The notes beneath the pieces were generated by a model, which saw nothing but the letters and a program-made list of their open reading frames with translations, searched no databases and was not told the origin of the DNA. The translations under genes were made by a program, and so were the position numbers. From positions 150,104,001 to 150,168,000 of the forward strand of contig CM059432.1 in the NCBI GenBank assembly GCA_030390025.1: a stretch of DNA of 64,000 nucleotides, given 5' to 3'. The stretch's first letter is position 1, and the number at the start of each line of letters is the position of its first letter. Shown here piece after piece: positions 50,293 to 62,289 of this stretch. Origin of the DNA: Squalus acanthias (lineage: Eukaryota).

Positions 50293-53198
50293 TCAAGCTA
50301 TCACACTCCCTGTCACTCTGGTGTGCTCCATGTGCTTATCCAATAACCGCTTGAAAGTTCCTAAAGTGTCTGACTCCACTATCACAGCAGGCAGTCCATT
50401 CCACACCCCAACCACTCTCTGAGTAAAGAATCTACCTCGGACATCCCTTCTATATCTCCCCCCATGCACCTTATAGCTATGCCCCCTTGTAACAGCTGCC
50501 TCTACCCGAGGAAATAGTCTCTGAACATCCACTCTATCTATCCCCCTCATCATCTTATAAACCTCTATTAAGTCGCCTCTCATCCTCCTCCGCTCTAAAG
50601 AGAAAAGCCCCAACTCCCTCAATCTTTCCTCATAAGACCTCCCCCCCAAACCAGGCAGCATCCTGGTAAATCTCCTTTGCACTCTTTCCAATGCTTCCAC
50701 GTCCTTCCTATAGTGAGGTGACCAGAACTGCACACAATATTCCAAATGTGGTCTCACCAAGGTCCTGTACAGTTGCAGCATAACCTCACGGTTCTTAAAC
50801 TCAAACCCTCTGTTAATAAACGCCAACACACCATAGGCCTTCTTTACTGCTCTATCCACTTGAGTGGCAACCTTCAGAGATCTGTGGATATGAACCCCCA
50901 GATCCCTCTGCTCCTCCACGTTCCTCAGAACCCTGCCGTTGACCCTGTAATCCTTATTCAAATTTGCCCTACCAAAATGAATCACCTCGCACTTATCAGG
51001 GTTAAATTCCATCTGCCATTTTTCGGCCCAGCTCTGCATCCTATCAATGTCTCTTTGCAGCCTACAACTGCCCTCCACCTCATCCACTACTCCACCAATC
51101 TTGGTGTCATCAGCAAATTTACTGATCCACCCTTCAGTCCCCTCCTCCAAGTCATTGATAAAAATCACAAACAGCAGAGGACCCAGCACCGACCCCTGTG
51201 GCACACCGCTGGTAACTGGTCTCCAGTCCGAAAATGTTCCATCCACCACCACCCTCTGCCTTCTATGAGATAGCCAGTTACTTATCCAATCTGCCAAATT
51301 TCCCTCTATCCCACAACTCCTTACTTTCTTCATGAGACGACCATGGGGAACCTTATCAAACGCCTTACTAAAATCCATGTATACGACATCAACTGCTCTA
51401 CCTTCATCTACACACTTAGTTACCTCCTCAAAGGATTCAATCAAATTTGTTAGGCAAGACTTACCCTTCACGAATCCGTGTTGACTATCCCTGATTAAGT
51501 TGCCCCTTTCCAAATGGTCATAAATCCTATCCCTCAGGACCTTTTCCATTATCTTACCAACCACCGAAGTAAGACTAACCGGCCTATAATTACCAGGGTC
51601 ATTCCTATTTCCTTTCTTGAAGAGAGGAACAACATTCGCCACTCTCCAGTCCTCTGGCACCATCCCCGTGGACAGTGAGGACCCAAAGATCAAAGCCAGA
51701 GGCTCTGCAATCTCCTCCCTTGCCTCCCAAAGAATCCTAGGATATATCCCATCTGGCCCAGGGGACTTATCGACCCTCAGGTTCTTCAAAATTGCTAAAA
51801 CATCTTCCCTCAGAACATCTACCACCTCCAGCCTATCCACCTTTATCACACTCTCATCCTCAAGAACATGGCCCCTCTCCTCGGTGAACACTGACGAAAA
51901 GTATTCATTCATCACCTCTCCTATCTCTTCTGACTCCATGCACAAGTTCCCACTACTGTCCTTGACCGGCCCTACCCTCACCCTGGTCATTCTTTTATTT
52001 CTCACATAAGAGTAAAAAGCCTTGGGGTTTTCTTGATCCGACCCGCCAAGGACTTCTCATGCCCCCTCCTAGCTCTCCTAAGCTCTTTTTTTAGCTCATT
52101 CCTTGCTACCTTGTACCCCTCAATCGACCCAACTAAACCTTGTTTTCTCATCCTTACATACGCTTCCTTTTTCCTCTTGACTAGACATTCAACCTCTTTT
52201 GTGAACCATGGTTCTCTCACTCGGCCATTTCCTCCCTGCCTGACAGGGACATACCTATCAAGGACACGCAGTAATTGCTCCATGAAAAAGCTCCACTTTT
52301 CGTTTGTGCCTTTCCCTGATAGTTTCTGTTCCCATCTTATACTCCCTAATTCTTGCCTAATCGCATCATAATTACCCCTCCCCCAATTATAAACCCTGCC
52401 CTGCCGTATGGCCCTATCCCTCTCCATTGCAATAGTGAAAGTTACCGAATTGTGGTCACTATCTCCAAAGTGCTCTCCCACATACAAATCAAACACTTGG
52501 CCCGGTTCATTACCCAGTACCAAATCCAACATGGCCCCACCTCTTGTCGGCCTATCCACATATTGTGTCAGGAAACCCTCCTGCACACACTGTGCAAAAA
52601 CTATCCCATCCGAACTGTTTGACCTATAAAGGTTCCAATCAATATTTGGAAAGTTGAAGTCACCCATGACAACTACTCTGTGACCTCCACACCTATTCAT
52701 AATCTGCTTTGCAATTTCTTCCTCCACATCTTTATTACTATTTGGGGGCCTGTAGAAAACTCCTAACAACGTGACCGCTCCTTTCCTATTTCTAACTTCA
52801 GCCCATATTACCTCAGACGGCAGATCCCCCTCGAACTGCCTTTCTGCCGCTGTTAAACTATCCTTGATTAACAATGCTACTCCTCCACCTTTCTTACCAA
52901 CTTCCCTACTCTTACTGAAACATCTATACCCCGGAACTTCCAACAACCATTCCTGTCCCTGTTCTAACCATGTCTCCGTAATGGCCACCACATCGTAGTC
53001 CCAAGTACCAATCCACGCTCCAAGTTCTCCTACCTTATTCCGGATGCTCCTTGCATTGAAGTAGACACACTTCAAGCCATCTTCCTGTCTGCCGGTACAT
53101 TCCTGCGACCTTGATACCCTCCTCAGTACCTCCCTACACTCACCACTGGCTCGTGGACTACAGCCCTTTTTCCCATCCCCCTGACAAATTAGTTTAAA
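50293..53198 (-). pseudogene. CR1 ORF2 (APE + RT) with a single 1-nt deletion near 52032
   Basis: The 435-aa and 570-aa ORFs join if RIKENPKAFYSY is restored; all APE and RT motifs are present, including FADD. Confidence 0.93.
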
Positions 53199-54115
53199 CC
53201 CCCCCGAAGAGCCGTAGCAAATTTCCCTCCCAGGATATTGGTGCCCCTCTGGTTCAGGTGCAAACCGTCCTGTTTGTACAGGTCCCACCTTCCCCAGAAT
53301 GTGCTCCAATTATCCACATAACTGAAACCCTCCCCCCTACACCATCCCTGCAGCCACGTGTTTATCTGCACTCTCTCCCTGTTCCTCAACTCGCTAGCAC
53401 GTGGCACCGGCAACAAACCAGAAATTACAACATGGTTTGTACTGGCTCTCAGCTTCCAACCTAGCTCCCTAAATTCCTGTTTTAAATCCCCGTCCCTTCT
53501 CCTACCTATGTCGTTGGTACCGATGTGTACCACGACTTGTGATTGTTCCCCTTCCCCTTTGAGGATTCTGAAAACACGGTCCGAGACGTCACGGACCCTG
53601 GCACCCGGGAGGCAACATACCATCCGTGAGTCTCTTTTGCTGCCACAGAACCTCCTATCTGTCCCTCTGACTATTGAGTCCCCAATAACTATTGCTCTCC
53701 TGCTCTCCCCCCTTCCCTTCTGAGCCACAGGGACCGACCCAGCGCCGGAGATCCGGTCACCGTGGCTTACCACTGGTAAGTCGTCCCCCTCAACAGTATT
53801 CAAAGCGGTATACCTGTTACTGAGGGGAACGACCACAGAGGATCCCTGCACTGACTGCTTCCTCCTAGCCCCTCTCACCGTCACCCATCTATCTTCATGC
53901 TTTGGAGTAATTACATCCCTGAAGCTTCTATCTATGACCTCCTCTGCCTCCCGAATGATCCGAAGTTCATCCAGCTCCAGCTCCAGTTCCCTAACACGGT
54001 TTTCGAGGAGCTGGAGATGGGTGCACTTCCCACAGGTGTAATCAGCAGGGACACCTACGGCGTCCCTCACCTCAAACATTCTGCAGGAGGAACATTTCAC
54101 TGCCTCCCCTGCCAT
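53189..54115 (-). CDS. CR1 ORF1: zinc finger/leucine zipper + SGNH esterase (308 aa)
   Basis: CSSC..CGKC, LLENRVRELELEL, IGDSIVRG, HIGTND and DGLHLN. Confidence 0.93.
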   Translation of the reverse strand: MAGEAVKCSSCRMFEVRDAVGVPADYTCGKCTHLQLLENRVRELELELDELRIIREAEEVIDRSFRDVITPKHEDRWVTVRGARRKQSVQGSSVVVPLSNRYTALNTVEGDDLPVVSHGDRISGAGSVPVAQKGRGESRRAIVIGDSIVRGTDRRFCGSKRDSRMVCCLPGARVRDVSDRVFRILKGEGEQSQVVVHIGTNDIGRRRDGDLKQEFRELGWKLRASTNHVVISGLLPVPRASELRNRERVQINTWLQGWCRGEGFSYVDNWSTFWGRWDLYKQDGLHLNQRGTNILGGKFATALRGGLN

Positions 54116-55974
54116 CCCCTCCAGCTAACTTGCAGATTAAACTAGAACAAAAAAGAGCTTACCTGATAGTCACTCACCTCCTTTAGGTTAGAGGAGGAGG
54201 AAGGGTGGGGGACACTACAAGTGTAGTGTCTCGGGTTTAGGAACCGCCCAACTTATATACAGGTAAAAATTACTCACCTACCCAGCAACCACTGCGTCCC
54301 GCACTTTAAAAGCCTCTGTGGGCCTACCTGATCGCCGCCGCCTCTTAAGTCCTCCGCCTCGCCGCAGCCGCTCCACCCAGGTCCGCCGCCTCTGTGGGCC
54401 TACCTGGTCGCCGCCGCCTCACAGCTGTAATAGTTTCTTTAATCAATACCACGAACCCCCCTCCCCTTTTACCTCCCTCTCTATCCCGTCTGAAAATCCT
54501 GTAACCAGGAATGTTGAGCTGCCATACCTGCCCCTCTTTCAGCCACGTCTCTGTAATAGCTATAATATCATAGTCCCAAGTATCTACCTGTGCCCTCAGC
54601 TCATCTCCCTTGTTCGCTACACTCCTTGCATTGAAGTATATACCATTTAGTACAGGCAAACTTCCTAGTTGACTACTATCTAGCCCTTGATTCCTCTGTC
54701 CTTCCAATTTACTTTCTACGTTTTTGTTTTCCAATTCCAGTTTTTCTTCCCTCCCTATTGACTCGATACTTAGGATCCCATCCCCCTGCCAAGCTAGTTT
54801 AAACCCTCCCCAACAGCAGTAGCAAACCCTCCCGCGAGGATATTGGTCCCGTTCCCATTGAGGTGCAACTCGTCTGGCTTGTAGAGGTCCCACCTCCCCC
54901 AGAAATGGTTCCAATTCCTCAGGAATCTAAAGCCCTCCCTCCTACACCATCTCTCCAGCCACGCATTCATCTGCTCTATCTTCCTATTTCTGTACTCACT
55001 AGCATGTGGCACTGGTAGTAATCCAGAGATTACTACCTTTGAGGTCCTGCTTTTTAACCTCTTCCCTAGCTCCCTAAACTCAGGACCTCATCCCTCTTCC
55101 TACCTATGCCGTTGGTACCGATATGGACCATGACCTCTGGCTGTTCACCCTCCCCCCTCAGAATGCTCTGCAGCCGTTCAGTGACATCCTTGACCCTAGA
55201 ACCAGGGAGGCAACATACCATCCTGGAGTCACGTCTGTGGCCGCAGAAACGCCTGTCTGCTCCCCTAACTATTGAATCCCCTACCACTATTGCTCTCCCT
55301 CTCCTCTTCCCCCCCGCCTGTGCAGCTGAGCCTTCCATGGTGCTGTGGACTTGGCTCTGGCTGCACTCCCCAGAGGAACCATCGCCCTCACCAGTACTCA
55401 GCACCGAATACTGGTCGGTGAGCAAGATAGGCTCAGGGGACTCCTGCACTACCTGCCTGGTCCTCCTCTTCTGTCTGACGATCACCCATTCCCTCTCTGC
55501 CTGCACACTCTTAAGCTGCGGGGTGACCACCCCCGAAACGTGCTGTCCACGTAGCTCTCAGCCTCGCGGATGCACAGCAGTGACTGCAGCCGCCGCTCAA
55601 GCTCCGTAACCCGGTGCTCGAGCTGCTGTAGCTGGCGACACTTCCCGCACATGTGGTCGTCCAGACCACGAGAGGTGTCCAGGATTTCCCACATGGCACA
55701 GGATGTGCATTCCACGGATATGAGCTGCCCTGCCATACCTGTAATTAACAGACTATTTACTAACCTAGCTGGAATAAACTTAAAAACTTTAAGAAAGCCA
55801 AGTAAAAACACTTACCAGATACTCACCAATCAGCTCCCTCTTTTTGAACGTTTAGTTTTTAATCCCGGCTCTTAATTTAAACCAATGCCCAAGATAAAGA
55901 GAGAAATACTGACCAACCGATCACTTCCCTGCTTTCCTGTGAAGTCACTACTTGTTTTTGTTGTCAGGTCCGCT

Positions 55975-56187
55975 GCCATCCTGACTTGGAAGTATATCGC
56001 AGCTCCTTCATCATCGATAGCTCAAAATCCTGGAACTCCCTCCCTAACAGCACTGTGGGAGTACCTTCACCGCACAGACTGCAGCGGTTCAAGAAGGCGG
56101 CTCACCACCACTTTCTCAAGGGCAATTAGGGATGGGCAATAAATGCTGGCCTTGCCAGCGACGCCCACATCCCATGAACGAATTAAA
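55975..56187 (+). mobile_element. Second-family LINE 3' end
   Basis: Matches 4950-5150; ends cccatgaacgaatt. Confidence 0.8.
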
Positions 56188-56747
56188 AACTATCTTCCTC
56201 ACTGTTTACAACACTTCCAAGTTTCATGTCATCTGCAAATTTCAAAATTGTGTCCTGTACCCTCAAGTCCAAGTCATTAATGTATATCAAAAACAGCAGT
56301 GGTCCTAGTACTGGACCTTGGGGAACTCCACTGTATACCTCCCTCCAGTCCGAAAAATAGTCATTCACCACAACTCTCTGTTTTCTATCCCTTAGACAAT
56401 TGTGTATCCAAATTGCTACTACTCCTTTTATCCCATGGGCTTCAATTTTGCTAACAAACCTATAATGTGGTAATTTATCAAACACCTTTTGAAAGTCCAT
56501 ATACACAACATCAACTGCACTGCCCTCATCCACCCTCTCTGTTAACTCACCAAAAAACTCAATCAAGTTAGTCAACCACGATTTGCCCTTAACAAATCGG
56601 TGCTGGCTCTCCTTTATTAGTCTACGCTAGTCCAAGTGACTGTTAATTTTCTCCCGGATTATTGTTTCTAAAAACTTCCCCACCACCAACGTTAAACTGA
56701 CTGGCCTGTAATTGCCGGGTTTATCCTTCTCCCCTTTTGTGAACAAG
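56188..56747 (-). mobile_element. CR1 RT internal fragment
   Basis: GNYRPVSLT, TNLIEFF, GVPQGPVLGP and KFADD. Confidence 0.88.
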
Positions 56748-56749
56748 GC

Positions 56750-57817
56750 CAGCGATGGCATCACCATGGCCAGATTAACTTCACTTGACGCTGTAAACCC
56801 TGGCTGCCACATGATGCACCAGGTTGACACCACCCCACACCAACACTGTGAAGCATCCCTTTAATGTCCAAGCCATTCCATCCACACTCATCACTATAGC
56901 GGGGGGTGGGGGTGGGGTGGAATTCTGTCTCAACATTCACTGTAACTCAGTAAAACTCTTCTCAAGGTGCGCTCAGATCTGTCCAATAAGGGGCAGTGTT
57001 GAAAATATAGATTTCACTGTATGACAACACATTACCAGAAACTTCACATGGACATTGGTTAATCCTCTCAAGTGTCTACCCTTGTGTGTTGTTAGTTGGT
57101 ATACTTGCAGTTGGATGAGGGTGAGTGTCAGGTGTGGCTAGTGAGATGGGGAAGTGATAATGTAGATAGAGATGGGTGGAGGTGCAAGGTAAGTTGGTGT
57201 GAGTAAGGATGTGCAGGAGAATGGTAGGGAAGGTAGCGTGATGGGGATGTGTTGAGTGGCACAGCAGGGTGAGTTTGAGTGTGGCTTTGCAGTAACGTTT
57301 CGTGATACACTGAGATCATTGAAAGGTTGGCGCCACTGCAGCCAGGGACTCCTCACGACATCCCTGCTTGTGTCCTCCTGTGCAATGTGCAACCAGGCTG
57401 CGTTGGTGTCCTGGGGAGGTCTCCTCCACCCTTGGAAGGGAAGAGAACCTCCCTGCGTGCTGTGACTCCCTCCATCAACATATGGAGTGAGTTATTGGAG
57501 AGCCTTGGTGCAACCATCCACCTTTGTGCTGTGCTTGTCAGTGTTTGCAGCACCTCAATGCTGTAAAACACTGACAGAATAACTGTCAAAATCATTGTGC
57601 CTGTGGCCCCTTTAAGGAAACCGGCTGATGACGCGTCATCAAATGACGTCATCAGACCCGCTTCCTGTTAATTGGCTGGGAAACCCGCAGGGCGGGGCTT
57701 TACAAGGCCAATCAAGGGAAAATCCCGTTGACAGAGCGGCTGCAGCCGGGAGCAGGACCGGAACCCGGCAACCAGCTGACTTGCCACCATCCCGACACCG
57801 CTGAGAAAATCAAGCCC
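56750..57817 (-). mobile_element. Harbinger terminal remnant with a decayed Myb exon 1
   Basis: APRLSNNSLHMLMEGVTARREVLFP and WLQWRQPFNDL; terminus gaaaatcaagccc. Confidence 0.65.
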
Positions 57818-57819
57818 TA

Positions 57820-59536
57820 TGTATCTGTCTTCACGGAAGGAGATGCAAAAAACTTCCGGAAATAGTGGAGAATGAGAAACTGAAAGAAATGAGTATTTGT
57901 AAAAAAATAGTGCTGGAGAAATTAATGGGACTGAAAGCCAATAAATCCCCTGGACCCGATGGCCTACATCCTAGGGTTTTAAAAGAGGTGGCTATAGAGA
58001 TAGTGGATGCATTGGTTGTCAGTTTCCAAAATTCCATTGATTCTAGAACATTCCTGCGGTTGGAAGGTAGCAAATGTAACCCCACTATTTAAGAAAGGAG
58101 GGAGAGAGAAAACGGGGAACTACAGACCAGTTAGCCTGACATCAGAAGTAGGGAAAATGCTAGAATCTATTATTAAGGACGTGGTAACAGGGCACTTAGA
58201 AAATAATAATAGGATTGGGCAGAGTCAACACGGATTTATTAAAGGGAAATCGTGTTTGACGAATCTGTTAGAGTTTTTTGAGGTTGTAACTAGCAGAATA
58301 GATAAGGGGGAACCAGTGGATGTGATGTATTTGGATTTTCAGAAAGCATTCGATAAGGTGCCACACAAGAGGTTATTAAATAAAATTAGGGCTCATGGGA
58401 TTGGGGGTAATATACTAGCATGGATTGAGGATTGGTTAACGGACAGAAAACAGAGAGTAGGAATAAACGGGTAATTTTCGCGATGGCAGGCTGTAACTAG
58501 TGGGGTACCGCAAGGATCAGTGCTTGGGCCTCAGCTATTCACAATCTATATCAATGATTTGGATGAGGGGACCAAATGTAAGATATCCAAGTTTGCTGAT
58601 GATACAAAACTGGGTGGGAATGTAAGTTGTGAGGAGGATGCAAGGAGGCTTCAAGGGGATATAGACAGGCTAAGTGAGTGGGCAAGAACATGGCAAATGG
58701 AATATAATGTGGAGAAATGAGAAGTTATCCACTTTGGTAGGAAAAATAGAAAAGCAGAGTATTTTTTAAATATTGAGAGATTGGGAAATGTTGGCGTTCA
58801 GAGGGACCTGGGTGTCCTTGTACATGAATCACTGAAAGTTAACATGCAGGTACAGCAAGCAATTAGGAAAGCAAATGGTATGTTGGCCTTTATTACAAGA
58901 GAATTTCAGTATAAGAGTAAAGACGTCTTACTGCAATTATATCAGGCCCTGGTGAGACCACACCTAGAGTATTGTGTACAGTTTTGGTCTCCTTACCTAA
59001 GGAAGGATATACTTGCCATAGAGGGAGTGCAACGAAGGTTCACCAGACTGGTTCCTGGGATGGTGGGGATTGTCCTATGAGGAGAGATTGAGCAGACTAG
59101 GCCTATATTCTCTAGAGTTGAGAAGAATGAGAGGTGATCTCATTGAAATATACAAAATTCTTACAGGGTTTGACAGGGTAGATGCAGGGAGGAAGTTTCC
59201 CCTGGCTGGGGAGTCTAGAACCAGGCGTCACAGTCTCAGGATAAGGGGTTGGCCATTTAGGACTGAGATGAGGAGGAATTTCTTCACTCAGAGGGTGGTG
59301 AATCTTTGGAATTCTCTACCCCAGAGGGCTGTGGAGACTCAGTCGTTGAGTATATTCAAGACAGAGATCGATAGATTTTAGAATATTAAGAGAATCAAGG
59401 GATATGGGGATAGTGCAGGAAAGTGGAGATGAGGTAGAAGATCAGCCATGATCTTATTGAATGGCGGAGCAGGCTCGAGGGGCCGAATGGCCGACTCCTG
59501 CTCCTAATTCTTATGTTCTTATGTTTGTATGTTCTT
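57820..59536 (+). mobile_element. CR1 LINE, 5'-truncated and decayed
   Basis: Broken RT ORFs 57865-59381; 3' UTR; ttcttatg tail. Confidence 0.92.
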
Positions 59537-59631
59537 AGTGGCCTATAAAATACACCAAGTAGTGTAATAGCTCCTTTATTGTTTCTCAAGTCCAACCAAA
59601 TAGATTCTGTCTTTGATCCTTAAAGGACATT

Positions 59632-61823
59632 GGCCGTTAACGTTGGTTTGCTCAGAAAAAAATGACTACCGCATTGCTTTCGCCCACCTCCGGCACGGGA
59701 CATGGAGGCTGCCATTTTGGTAAGGGCCATAGCATTGTCGTTGACAGCGCTGGCCCCTAAAATGTAACTGAGCAGAGCGTGACGTCAGTCGGCAAAGCCT
59801 GATTTAACACCACTCTGCAAACTTTGACCTTCTCACTCTGTTTAACGCCGGGTCCTCATCATGCTCAGGAAAGTGTGCGTGTCGCAGCCCTGCAGAGACG
59901 CTGTCAGCGCTTCTTAAAGGGACACACACACTTTCAGGTAAGTTTGGATTTAAAATATTTGGACTCTTTTTATATTATATTGAAGTAGTGGCTTGGTGCA
60001 ATAGATATTAAAAGTTTCTAAAGTGTGCAGGGAGTGCTGCTGGATGCTTGCAAGGCTTCGGCTGGTAAAGGAAGGCCTCTGAGAAGACAAAAAATGGTGC
60101 AAATACTCAGCAGGTCAGGCAGCATCCATGGAGAGAGAAACAACATCTTTGGTTGAGATGCTGAGTATTTGCACCATTTTCTGGTTTTATTTCAGATTTC
60201 TAGCATCTGCTCGCAGAGGGAAGAGGAAGATGCAGAAGAGGAGGAAGGAGAAGAGGAAGATGCAGAAGAGGAGGAAGGAGAAGAGGAAGATGCAGAAGAG
60301 GAGGAAGCGGAAGGAAGTATGCAGCCCAGACAGCCCCTTTCTGGCCGGGATATCCGGGATGGAATCATCTGCCTGTGGTCACAGTGACCACAACCCCAAT
60401 TCCCCTTTCAACATTAGTCCCACACCTTACCTTCCCTCTGTTACTGACCATCACAGCGTCCTCTTGGCCACAATGCTGAAATAAAACCACCACAAAGCAA
60501 ACTTTCCAATCTAACTTTATACATCTATCCATCCAATATGACATCAAGAAATCAACTAATTACCCTTGTGCATTCCCTTAGTGACTGTCTTGAGTGTGCC
60601 TTTGCCTATCCTAGTGATGTCATGCAGTACTACCCCAGTGGCTGAGCATGGCTGGTGGAAGGCTGCTGACTTTCAGTGGGGGACACTGCAGATAGCCATG
60701 CTGGTCAGCCTTGAGGAGCTGGTGGCCGGGAGTGTGAAATCGAGTGATGCTGTCTCTTCTTCTTCTTCACTCTTCTCTCCCTCTTCTTATTGACCCACTG
60801 GCTGGGCAGGCTGAATTTCTTGGGTGCCTGAAATGAGGAAGGCACAAGGGTAGAGTTGTGTTGAGGGGAGGTGGGGGGTGGGGGAGGGCGGGTAAGCTAG
60901 AGGTGCGTGCTTACAACATGCAGACCTTGTAAATCAGAAGAGATTGTGAGATGAGGGGGAAGTGGGACATGAGAAGGGGGATAAAGTATGAGGATACCCG
61001 CATCTTGTAACCTTTCAGCTCCGCCGCTGGCCAAGGACTCAGCCATGCTCCTGCCAAGAATGGCCAGCACCATCTCCTCCAAGGAGCTGAGTTGAAGCTA
61101 GGAATGGAAGGTGTGCCTCGTGATTGGTACAGATTGTTGGTAGGTGAGTGATGGGTGTGGGTGGGTCGTGCAATGAGCCGTGTGTGAGGCTAGTGGTGCA
61201 GTTGGTAGGAGACGGCTTTTGAAGATGCATTCACTGACCTTGACCACTGGTCTGAGGCCATGAAGCTTCTTTGGGCACTGGAGCCAGGTCATGGGGCGAT
61301 ACTGCTGGCAGTGACGGCCTCGGTGATGTGGTCACACCTCGTTCTTTCTGGAGGGCCTCCTGGGCCCTGTGGGTTACAGTGTTGACCCCCTGCACAAAGC
61401 TGGAGTGCTGCGTGTGAGACCCTGGGTGCTCCTTCCCTGGCTTGTTGAGCTATTTGTTTTAGTACTGAAGCACTTTTACCATTTTTTACGTGCGAAAGGT
61501 AGTTCAGCTCTAAGAGCTAAAGACTGCCTGTTTTTAAATGATTTTTTGTTTCATTTTAGAAGCAGTTCCCCTTTAAGGGATCGACACTGCTTTCTAAAAT
61601 GACAGCCTTGCTTTAAGACAACGCTGGCTCGCTCCAGGGACGGTGCGGCCATGCTACATTGGGCCTTCTGCTGAGACTACCGCAGGAAAACCAGTCTTTC
61701 ACTGCCGGTTTTGCGCTGCACTAATTTAAATTAGCAGGCAGGCTTCACTATTATCGCGGGCGGCCGTTAACTTCGGCCCATGGTGGCACCAGCAGGTTTC
61801 CGGCCTACTCTAATTTCTTGGCC
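59632..61823 (+). mobile_element. Internally deleted Harbinger, TSD ATT
   Basis: GGCC...GGCC ends; att at 59629-59631 and 61824-61826; acidic transposase tail (60214-60387); Myb remnant WLQCPKKLHGLRPVVK|gt. Confidence 0.8.
60214..60312 (+). repeat. 30-bp x3 GA-rich repeat encoding the acidic transposase tail
   Basis: gaagaggaagatgcagaagaggaggaagga units (EEEDAEEEEG). Confidence 0.85.
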
Positions 61824-62289
61824 ATTCTCTCTTTCTAGCACTGCAATATTTTCCTTAATCAAAACTGCTACCCCTCCTCCTTTTTCCCCTTCCCTATCTT
61901 TCCTGAATAGCTTGTACCCAGGAACATTAAAAATCTAATCCTCCCCTTTTTTGAGCCAGGTCTCAGTTATCGCCACTACATCATATTCCCATGTGACTAT
62001 TTGTGCCTGCAGCTCACCAACCTTATTAACCACACTCTGTGCATTTACACACATGCATTCCAAACCTAACTTAGACCACTTTGTATTTTCTATGATCCCG
62101 GCTAATTCTGTATTATTTCTAACTCTAACTGTCTCTCCCAGTCCTCTGTGCACCTTGTTTCTACTTTTTAATACTACATCCTGGTGCCCAACTCCCTGGT
62201 GAATTAGTTTAAACCCTTCCCCACGGCACTAGTTAACCGGCCTGCAAGGATATCGGTCCCAGCTCTGTTCAGCTGCAACCCGTCCATCT

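Larger units (their letters stand above)
50207..54417 (-). mobile_element. Essentially full-length CR1 LINE nested in another CR1
   Basis: GC-rich repeated 5' end, intact ORF1, ORF2 with one frameshift, (ttctatg)n tail at about 50207-50230. Confidence 0.95.
48191..55970 (-). mobile_element. Decayed full-length-type CR1 (host of the nested CR1; 3' end lost at the Penelope junction)
   Basis: ORF1 fragments 54794-55736 (CxxC..CxxC, GDS, GTN, LHLN); ORF2 fragments 48191-50205 and 54418-54800 join as ITAVR...MLEGSSNEA. Confidence 0.9.
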
